From Mytilus trossulus (Eukaryota): DNA of 64,000 nt. The DNA lies in NCBI RefSeq assembly GCF_036588685.1, contig NC_086375.1:88970001-89034000 (forward strand). The letters are read 5' to 3'. The notes beneath the pieces are model-generated. The model searched no databases. It was not told where the DNA came from and was given only the letters and a program-made list of their open reading frames with translations. Of the stretch, positions 52,001 to 62,671 are shown piece after piece (the stretch's first letter is position 1; the number at the start of each line of letters is the position of its first letter). Made by a program: the position numbers and the translations under genes.

Positions 52001-55000
52001 CAACAATTATGTATATTTTAAAAAGAGCAAGTATTGGCAAAGTATTTGTTGTTTTAAAACTATAACATTTCTGTAGAATGGATTTTGTAAAATGATTCGG
52101 TGTATATTATTACATTTATATTTGTATAAATAAGTTCGTTTTTATTTCTATGGAGATATGCATTTACCCCTCCATAAAACAACAAATTTCTTAAGAATCG
52201 CTACACCAAGTGTTAAATTGTATCTTTTATTTCTCTATCAAACTCATGGGAGTTGGGACTTTCGACGTCATAAAGCATAAAACGTGGTCAGTAGATATTG
52301 CGTCCGTAATTACGCAACTTATGTTTTTTTTTTTTAAAATATTTTTTTTCTTTTCTTGGAAATTACAATTTATTGTAGAATCAGTTCCGTTCTTTATATC
52401 CAACTAAATTGTTTCTATTCCAATTGTAATAATTTGTTATTCAACTTTATGTAGGAACTCGTATTATCAGAGCGTTTCTATTATAGGATGAGATACGGAA
52501 TAAATCAGGGGTTTGCAATCGGCATGAAGTAAACTTGCAGACAACACTTTGGCATACGACACCAACGAAAAGAAAACAACAGTTCATGGAACAACATAGA
52601 AAACCACAAGAAGACCGCCATACACGATATGTGTTAGCCTTTTCTAAATAAAGACAACAGGAGACAACACAAACTTTATACAGACAGTTGAAATCATAAC
52701 ACCTTCAGAAAGGTAGACAATTATCACAAACTTCAACTTCGTACATTATTTGGCCTTGTAACTTTATTGATTCGAGCGTTACTATGCGTCTTTTGTAGAC
52801 TAAACGTCGCGTCTGGCCAAAAACCGTTTCATCCAGGTTATTTTAATGGATTTATTTACATGAAAAGGCCTGAAATTACGAACATAGAACAAGACAAACT
52901 TCTTACGACCGTACCTACATTATCAACAACACACCTGTCTTAAAAGCGCAGTTTCCAGGGATATTGTTATGCATACTCTAAGGTTATAACTCGCTCTAAC
53001 ATATTTGGCCAAAGTTATATATCAATATTAATAGTTAAGGCTGGGCTTATTCATTTATATCATTTCGTGTACTTGTATGTTTTTGTTCATATTAAATGAA
53101 ACGCCAGCCTGCAAAGTCACCAAAGTATATAAACATTTTACAGCCACCTTTGCTTTAGTATTTAATTTGATTTGTTTTATCTGTTTCGTTGAATGTCAAT
53201 CGCATATTTATTTCTCAATGAAATTTAAAAAAAAACACATGCCTTTACACAAAGAATAAAGTCACGTTCCTTGCATTTAGAAAATACTTATTTTCAGAAT
53301 GAATGGGATGACATTCTCTCGGTATGATTATCAAAGCCTTTAATGATATTTTTTTTTCATTTTAGAGTACATAAATCTTTGATACACAAAGACTTCAAGA
53401 AATTATATTGATACGTACTTATAAATAATACTTCATCATTATATCAAGTGCATTTCTTTGTATTTTATACTTTATTTAAAGAAAGTATTATTAATGTTTC
53501 AATGACATTTACTTGCGGTATGTGGTATACTTTGAAGTCAACATACAAGCGGGTGCTGTGTATCCAAATGTAAACATTATGGTCACAAGTGAGTGATCGG
53601 AACTATGTATAAAGACTTCTAAACTTTGAAAGCCATATGCACATTTGTAGAGGATCTGAATACAGTTTATGCCTTTGTAATTTAATAGAGTAAGAGTTTG
53701 ACATCTTTTTTGAATTATAAGGCATTTGAACAAACAAAGACCGAAACCTTTAATCACAGATACCCTTTTTTATTATTTTTCAGATTTTATTTGAAATACT
53801 ACAGAAGGTAACCGAAAGACTTACAGAGATTTTAAGTTTGATGAATCAAAACAGTTTACTTTCAGCAATATGGTTTGTGTGTTTGTTTGGTTAAAATAAG
53901 TGATATTTTTATTTTGGTTAAAGTTTCTCCAATCTTACCGTTCAAACTGTTTTAAAAATGAACCCTTTTTCATTGGTAAAACAGACATTCTGTCTATGAC
54001 AATCATGGATATGAATTCCGTATATTAGTTTTAAATTGCATTTAATTGATTAAAAAACATTTTCCAAAACCTTGTTCTCAACAATTAATCTGACGGTCAA
54101 GGGGCAGATAACTCAGCGATGTAGTCTAATGAATACAAAACTTATACATATTCAATATAATTAAATCTAAACCACAAATGGTTTCAGTTTTTTTTGTTTA
54201 AAATGTACAAATAATTTATATGAAATTTTTATTTGCTTAAAATGATATACTTCTATTAAGGAAGAAACACCACTCATAAGTCAAAAATAAACATTGCAAA
54301 CAACAACTTGATTATAACAACAACATGAAATCTGGAATAATCTAGATAAGCACCAAGAAATGTTATGAATAAATGCAAAGTCATTAGGAGAGCACAGTCC
54401 TATATAATTTAGCTACTGAAAAGTAACTAATCTTTATTAAAAAAAAAGTAAACACTCTGGACACAATATTTTATCAACTTTTAGCTTTTGTGAATAACCA
54501 GGGCATGCAGCCTATATATAAACAACTCAAGGATCAGGTCTATATGAATAAACTAGGACAAGGTCTTCGTTCTATTTCAATGTTTTTCCACGAACTTCTT
54601 AACATTTCCGAAAATCGTGAATTCTATGTCACGTTGACATCTGTCTGTTAAATTGATTGAAGTTTTCTGTCTCCTCCCTGATGTACACATATTCGCGGAA
54701 AGTTTAATTCCATTCTCCGAAAATTAAACCCAAAACATGCTTCTTGCCAATTCTTAAGTGCAATTGCAATTAAATCTTAAATATGATTATACAGTAAGTT
54801 GATGAGAAAATAATATACAAGAGTAATAAAAATACATTCACTATAAAATAAGTATTTATTTCTATTTATATCTGCGCCCGACCAAATACCATACGAGCTA
54901 AATGAACCTTATATATATTATCACAATATATAAAGTTAAATTTAGATCAGTATATGGCCGTGTATATTATCTGTCTTCAATTTAACAATGTAAAGGAAAT

Positions 55001-55012
55001 TGTAACCAATGG

Positions 55013-58000
55013 ATGAAAATGGATGCTAATAAAACTTTTCGCAAAAGTGTGAACGAACTATCGGAATATGCATATGATAGCAATAACGAGACGGAACGGC
55101 ATTGTTCCAAATGTGCAAACCAGCAAAAAATTAACATTATAATATTCTGTATTTTGTTTGTAGTAATAAGTGTAAACGCTGTCTTAGCTGTGAATCAAAT
55201 TACAGATGCACAAAGACTACAAACGTTACAGAATACAATTGACATACTGAAGAGCCAGGTCAAAGATGTCAGACTGAGGCAAGATGAGGGTGATGTCGAG
55301 GATGGAGATGATCAGGTCGGATATATATTTAATTTAATAACTTAAGAATTTATAATGTTTCTAATATTTGAGGCTTATTAACAGATTTTCAGTAACCAAG
55401 TAAATAGTGATGGCACGCATAACTTTTAATTTTTGTTTTCTAAGCAAGAAAAGAACCTTTTCTCGCTTCTTTTGGAAATCCTGCGTATCAAAAAGTTCTT
55501 TATTACAAGATTTGAACATCGGTATACTACTATCGGATTTATTTTTATCTGCATTATTTCATATGAAAAAATATGCCAACGAATTGTCAAAGTCACGAAA
55601 CAATTTTCTTAAATGGTACAAGGGAAATACATAATTATTTCAAAACAATAACATCTTTCAAACACATATAACACAAGCTATTAAGTAAACAAAAGAAACA
55701 TTGTATTCAGTTATTACAATATTCACCCATTAAATGCAGTCTAATTGTAAATTTTGGTAAATATGGACATGTTTTATGTGATGAATTGATTTTGTGTTCA
55801 GGTATATGTTTGGTATTTTGAACATTGAATTCGTGATCGAGAAATCATACCCGTCACCTCAATTATCTACAAAGCATATTTCTGGTTATATTTTGTTTTG
55901 TTTTCCGGGACCCCTGCTTAAAACTCAAACACGACTTTTGAAAGAGTATAAAGATAGATTTCAGATTAATATGAAGGCAACAACACAGATAAACTAACAA
56001 AACTTTTTGAAAAACTAGAAATCAAAGATTGAGAAGACACACAACTTTGATAAAACAATAAAAAGACAACTATTCAGAAATAAAGCAATTTTGAAAAACA
56101 CAATATTGATACATATGTTAAATAAATGATATAGATATTTTTTTTTTTTTAAGATGCTAAACAGTTGCGTAGAATGCAAATAAATCAGTCAAATTGTTAT
56201 TTTTGTCTAACATCAAATTGATTCACTTTCTTTGCAAACCACATTAAAATTTTATTTTCTGCTTGTATCACATATTATATGCCGTTTCAATATAAGGCAT
56301 TGATAATGTCCATTGTCTATTAATACCGTAAAAATCAGTAGTGTATTAAATAGCAAATCATGAGCACATGTCATTTGGTAAAAACAAAATTCAAAAAAAC
56401 CAGATTTCTTTATTCATTCTCATTAATCAGGCCATAGAAGGAGCCACAAGGAAAGTAGAGGAGAAGCTGGCATTTGGTTTCGCGATGTTATATAGATTAT
56501 GACAGTTCAAAGATTCAGTTCCATATTGATTGCATTTCTCCTTGAAATATACTGTATATTTAGGAGATAACTGTATTGTATTTTAAGCTTGGCCTTCGTA
56601 AAACGTAGATTTTACTGTCGCAAATTGAGGCGGAGCGGAGATAGGTAAACGGATATTTGCGACAGTAAAATCAAGTTTTACGAAGGCCAAGCTTAAAATA
56701 CAATACAGTTATCTCCATTCTAATGCCACATATTAAAATAAATGTCATTTAATACATATTTTGGCTTAAAAATGGCAACAATGAAAAATTCCGCGAAACT
56801 GTTGCATTGTCTTTAGGATCTAAACAATGTGACGTCATGTGTTTACTCTGGATGTCAAACATGAATACTAAACATATTTTTACTTTTCGTATGCTTCAGA
56901 ATGTTTTCAATATAGACTAAAAGAATATTTTGAGGCTCAAAATGTGAATATCTTGTTATTTTTTGAGAAATTACATATCCCAGAATTCAAAATGGTGGCT
57001 TTCTTAGTTACGGACTGGTAGAACGTGGAATCTAACCCCTCAAAAAATTTATCAACGTCCAATGAAAATTATCGTTACAAACTAATTGCTTTAGAATTTG
57101 ATATAACTTAAAAACTTATTTTAAGGGAATACCAATCCTGTAGTCACGTATTGACCATGAATACCTGCGATTACTCCCAGTAAGCGTGTTTCGTATTGTT
57201 AGTCTTAAGTTCTCTATGAAGTGTTTAATGAACATCGTTGTCCTGTGCACCTGATATTACTTACAGTGTTAGCTGGTTCATATTGCACAATCGTTATCTA
57301 TTGACCGTTTTGTGAACATCTGTGTCATGAACACCTGATATTAACCCCAGTGTTAGCTAGTTTTGTGTTGCCTAGACTAAATTATCTACGCAGCTTTTGT
57401 GAACCTCTTTGTACTTTTCACGTGAGATAACTCCCAGTTTTAGCGGAGTTCGTGTTGCCAAGTTTTGAATTATCGATTATTTTATCTCTTTGTCCTGAGC
57501 ACATGCGATTACTCACAGAGTAAGCGGGTTCATGTAGCTTATCTATTAAGCGTTTTATGAACCTCTTTGTCCTTTTGGTGTTTTCAATTTTGTTCATTGC
57601 GTTATCAGTTTCACTTTGATTTAAAAGAGGGACGAAAGATACCAGAGGGACAGTTAAACCCCATAAATCGAAAATAAAACTGAAAACGCCATGCTAAAAA
57701 CGAAAAAGACAAACAGACAAACAATAGTTCACATGACACAACATATAAAACTAAAGAATAAGGAACACGAACCCCACCAAAAAATGGGGGTGATCTCAAG
57801 TGATCCGGAATGGTGAGCATACCCTGCTCAACATGTGGCACCCGTCTTGTTGCTCATGTTCTAAAAAATCCGGTAAATAGTCTTATTTGGTAGGTCACAT
57901 TCATGAAAGGGAAGTTATAGGTTTTAAATGTCTTTTTTTGTTATCTTCCATATTTTTTAGTCGCATCTAGAAATTAAAAAAATATATATTTCATTTGAGA

Positions 58001-60377
58001 ACACTACTTTACTACAAAAATATGATTTCAATTTGCCAACTATATTTCTTAATTTATAGCTGCAAAACTATTACTTGCATCAGTTGTCAAATGGTATAGT
58101 TGATCATTGAAATTGGCCAATGTTTAGGTTTCTCATAAACGTCTCCTTTCTTTTCGTATAAAATACATTGCTCATTATCATTGACCCATGTTGAAACTGC
58201 ATACATTATGTGATGCAGCAGAAAAATAAGTCTCAATTTTGCAAAGTCTATGACCACATTTAATGAAAGAAAAATAAGGATGGTTTCCAAAAACTTGCAA
58301 AGGGATTAATTCAAAAGTAAAATCACAAAAATACTGAATTCAAAACGGAAAGTCCCTAATCAAATGGCAAATAAAAAAAACTCTGTATTAATTTTGAAGA
58401 TCAAGGTTTTACCTTTTAATATAACACACCAAAAAATAATAATTATGTGTACTTGTAAATGTTATGAAATTATCTGTTTGATTTTTATATAAAAACAATA
58501 CCCCTGCTGGTGGACTATTAGTCCCCGAGGATATCACCAGGCCATCAGTCCGAATTTTCGGTTTTTGAAGAAAAAATCAGATATTGTGTTATTTAAATTT
58601 GCCGTTACAAAATTCTTTTTTTTTAATTAAGCTATATCTCCCTCAAGCAAGGCTGCAATTCCTAGATTGTTTTTTTTTCTATACGTTATGATCATTCAGA
58701 TGCTTATGCTTTTCGAATATTTAAAAAAATTTCTTTACAAAAATCATATTTTTTACATAGTTTGCCCTCAAGCATCACATTGTCGAAATGCGTATCTTGT
58801 GTAGGCAAACTGGTACCGTTTATTTTTGTTTGATTCTGTTTGTTTTCTATTCAAAAACTTTAAAAGTTATTCCTTTTTTTTTTTTTAAATAATTCGATTA
58901 TTAACAGTAGTATTAAAATCATTATTATCTATAATATTATAAGTATTTGAAATAATTCATTGATTAGTAAATGTTGATAAATAATTATCTTGACATAATG
59001 TTCCTTTTTATTTATACAACAATCTTCAGTCAAAGCATAACAGTTTGCAATCGACCGCAACAGATGGTTCAAAATTGAGAAAAGGTTATTTCTAAAAGTT
59101 TGCTTGAATGACATAAATATTTAGCTTTTGGAATTTTTTATAATTTGACATTTGGCAAAATTATGACATTAAAATATTCAACACTAAACCTCTAATTCAA
59201 CAGAATTTATATCAAATAAAAACATATATAATTACTAAGGTCATATTTCCCTCCATAATTCTTTTGACTTCTGATAATTTTTTTATGATACATGTCAACA
59301 GACAGGGTCAATTTGTGCTTAATCATTTCTTTTTAATTTAAAAAAATTAGTTTTAAATAATTTGACGTCAGTTAAATGAAATTGTTGTTTGTGTACATAA
59401 AAGATACTAGCTTTGGAATTGGTTTCATATCATTCCAAACAAATGCAAATATGTATTAATTAGATTTTAGCTAAGGCCCAAATTATAAATGGTAATACTA
59501 CTTCAGCACGACAACTTGGACATATTTATGTCATTTTAATAATAGAAAAAAAAACTTTCTGCAAAAAGTTATTAAAGGTACCAGGTTTATAATTTAGTAC
59601 GTCGGCCGCGCGTTTCGTCGATATGAGAATCATCAGTGACGCAAACTTATGGGTAAATAACAGTGCACTTCAATGTCAGATCAGAACACGATTAAATTAT
59701 AAGATTGTAATAAAGATTGCAATACATTACTCTGTTATATTTTTTTTTTTAATATAAAATTTGTTGTTAATGTAGTCCAACACATATTTATTTCAAGATT
59801 AATTTTTCAAATTTTAAAACAAATTTTGTATTCGTTAGTCCGATACAATGCAATATATTTTGTCATGTCATATACCTAGTAGTTTTCTTTCTTAAACAAA
59901 ACCTGTTTTTGGTAACATTGCGATACCATGTATTTTAAATAGACATAAATTCAAATACTTTATGAACTATACACAGGTTGCCTCAAAAAATATTTTCATG
60001 TCAATTAAGAAAAAAGTCCTAATAGATAGTTGATTAAATATATAGCTCACATAACGTAGTTTCTGATATATTCTATGGAAGAAACTTATTGTTTTAATAT
60101 TAATAAAGAAGAAGAAATGAGTACAACTGTTTGAAGTTCAATTTCAAAAACACATCACAGATGATTCTACAAGGCTTTTTTATTTTAATTTTGACTTGAC
60201 AAAGTCTTTTTTCCTATTTTTTAGGTTGACATTTTAGACACATTTCCTTTTCAAATAAATCCGTTTGCCGGAGAACAAAGTAGAGAAAAAAGAAACACAA
60301 ACTCCAAACCTTGTAATGGTGATCCAAACTGCAAGAAAAGAACACGGAGACAGCAGGGTCGACGGAAGAAAAAGAAG
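55013..60377 (+). CDS. probable fourth TNF/EDA-like ligand gene, first two exons (remainder presumably beyond window)
   Basis: Exon 1 55013-55315 (CSKC, TM INIIIFCILFVVISVNAVLAV, coiled-coil-like segment, acidic end DEGDVEDGDDQ), exon 2 60225-60377 phase 0/0 (furin REKR, then CNGDPNCKKRTRRQQGRRKKKK). Layout parallels genes 2 and 3, but no TNF domain is visible in the window. Confidence 0.7.
56563..57097. mobile_element. non-autonomous hairpin element (near-perfect 154-bp palindrome plus short inverted repeats)
   Basis: 56563-56716: GGAGATAACTGTATTGTATTTTAAGCTTGGCCTTCGTAAAAC..GATTTTACTGTCGCAAAT and its reverse complement; then ATTCTAATGC (56717) and GCTTTAGAAT (57088-57097). Confidence 0.7.
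57150..57610 (+). repeat. degenerate ~80-bp tandem array resembling part of the Penelope-like tail
   Basis: About 5 copies of CACCTGA(T)ATTA(A)C(T)CCCAGT..TAGC.G.TTCGTGTTGC...TTTTGTGAAC.TCTTTGTC, similar to GAGCACCTGAGATCACCCC..GGGTTCGTGTTGCT. Confidence 0.55.
57623..57913 (-). mobile_element. Penelope-like element 3' tail
   Basis: Matches ~16753-17040; another start of the same tail at 63975-64000. Confidence 0.8.
58498..58820 (+). mobile_element. decayed retrozyme of a second, related subfamily
   Basis: Shares CTGCTGGTGGA..GTCCCCGAGG.TATCACCAG with the 355-bp unit but diverges internally; hammerhead remnant AGCATCAC[deleted]ATTGTCGAAATGCGTATC. Confidence 0.5.
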
Positions 60378-60837
60378 GTATATACTACATAAGTAATAAA
60401 CCAACACCAGGTCTTTGTCTATCATATCCAACTGAAACATCCAATATTTTCTATATTTTTGTCAACAAAAAATCATATAAATTGGACATTACGTTATGAT
60501 TAAAATCCTACATTAAATATGCTTACCCCTACGGTATATTTCTAAATGATTTTACAATTAAACACACAATTCAACTTCCTCATTTCATTTCAGATACTAA
60601 GAAATGTAGTGAGATTACGTTGAAAAATTCGACGAAAACATCCTTCTTTGGTTAAAATTCTCATTTAAAGAAAATAATTATTTCAATCATATCAATTGAT
60701 ATCATTTTAGTTCAAAGGGTAATATCTTAAAATTTAAAATACGTTCTTTATCATTTTATCTTTTTACAAGAAAACTATTTAGATTAAAAAAGATAATTTA
60801 TATGTTTTCTATATATTCAACTCGATATATAATATTT

Positions 60838-60992
60838 ATCAAAGGTACCAGGCTTATAACTGGATACACAAGAATAGCGTTTGTTTTACATAAGACTCAT
60901 CAGTGACGTTCAGATCAAAATAGTAAGGAAGTCAAAACAAGTTCAAAATTGAAGAGCATTTAGGATCCAAATTCCAAAAAGTTGTGCCAAAC
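60838..60992 (-). mobile_element. decayed retrozyme fragment
   Basis: Reverse complement retains AACGTCACTGATGAGTCTTATGTA but GAAAC/GUC is lost; a similar fragment at ~59575-59643 has the cleavage triplet mutated to GGC. Confidence 0.65.
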
Positions 60993-61460
60993 TTTGTAAA
61001 AATTAAAATATGAGGTGATTGTGAAAAAAATAAGACTTGAATTGATCTTAAGACGACAATCGTATTCTAACTTTCGGCAATCCTTTTCAGTTTTGTCAAA
61101 TTTTTGTGTATATCCTTGGTAAAATAAAGCCAGCCTGACAATGTATAGGAAATAAGGAAAGCGCATTTATCAGAATTACATCTTTTAGCATTTCACAGTT
61201 TTATTCAATCGTATTATCTTTTAGTTGGAAAAAAGTTAAATCCGAAAATACTTAACTCTGCTGAAAACTCAAAACGGAAAGTCCCTAATCAAATGGCAAA
61301 ATCAAAAGCTCAAACACATCAAACGAATGGATAATTACTGTGGTATTCCTAACTTAGTACAGGCATGTTGAAAATGGTGGATTGAACTGGTTTTATAGCT
61401 AACTAAACCTCTCACCTAGAACCTATTGTTATACAAAAAGCCAATTGCATCGGATTTATT

Positions 61461-61776
61461 TATTATGCCCAACCTACGATAGCAGAGGGGCATTATTTTT
61501 TCTAATCTATTGATTCGTTTGTTCGTCCTTCTGTTCGTTCGTTAGTCCGTCTGTTCGTCCGTCCGTTCGTCCCGCTTCAGATTAAAGTTTTTGGTCAAGG
61601 TAGCTTTTGATGAAGTTGAAGTAATATCCACTTGAAATTTAGTATATATGTTCTTTATGCTATGATCTTTCTAATTTTAATGCCAGATTAGAGTGTTTAT
61701 CTCAATTTAACGGTCCATTGATAATAGAAAATTATAGTGCGAGTGGAACATCCGTGTACTTGGGACACATTCTTTT
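61461..61776 (+). mobile_element. HINE-like element
   Basis: TTATGCCC..GGGCATTA 5' inverted repeat, (GTTC/GTCC)n microsatellite, 3' GTGTACTTGGGACAC hairpin followed by a T tract. Confidence 0.65.
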
Positions 61777-62124
61777 TTTCAACAACACTTTACATAAGTT
61801 TTTATATATATTCTACAGCAAGTCTATTCAAATGTGTTACTCAGTATTGTGTGTTCATAAATACCAAAAAAACAATGAATATTCATTAATGTTTTAAAAT
61901 TCTTATACCATTTCAAAATTATTAAAAAAAAAATGTTTCTAAAATGGATAAAATGCGAGAAAGTTTTTTCTATCTCAAATAGTTGCTTAACAATCGAATG
62001 TTTACAAGCTTGTGTTTTAAATCATATACATGAAGAGAAAAAATAGTGCCGTTTTCTTGTTCGTTAAATAATTCTAAATTATTTACACACATCATCTGTC
62101 TAAGGTTAATATTGACATATTTAA

Positions 62125-62671
62125 GGTGGTTACGGGTATCTTTAGATAACTTGAATTGCAAAAAAACCCAGAGAACACAAGGACCGGAATTTCAATCAAG
62201 TTAGCATGATGGAGGAAAGCAGATAAATAATGTGAATTTTCATTTGAGAGAACAAACTTATAAGATTATAATTAATAAATATTAATATTCTAGAAGTGAA
62301 GATGATTTGTCCTTGGTTTTTAATTTTCAAAAATTGGCATTTAAGGGGAGGTAACTCTTAAATAGTGCACTTTCTGAAGGAGTCTCTATGGATTTTTCTC
62401 TTTCTTTTTGTATACCTAAAGAACTGTCTAAAAGCTATCTTTCCGTATTTTATTTTACCATTTTATCAATTAAGCTAGCTTCTAATGACATAATGATGTT
62501 TTTCTTTCTAGTTCATACTAAACGTGTCATTTTTGCACAACCTTTGATTTCAGAAAATGCACGAATACCTATCATTTTTATTATATTTTTTTTTAACATT
62601 TATCAATATATACTACGTTTTAGCAAAGAAGGAAAACGTATATCATTTTTAATCTAGACTCCCATACCACC
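62125..62671. mobile_element. MITE with TTAA target-site duplication (Kolobok-like)
   Basis: TTAA|GGTGGTTACGGGTATCT ... AGACTCCCATACCACC|TTAA. Confidence 0.65.

Noticed and set aside
56431-56476. Candidate extra exon of gene 4 (AIEGATRKVEEKLAF)
   Set aside because: Weak donor and ends in phase 1, whereas exon 1 (phase 0) joins 60225 (phase 0) directly.
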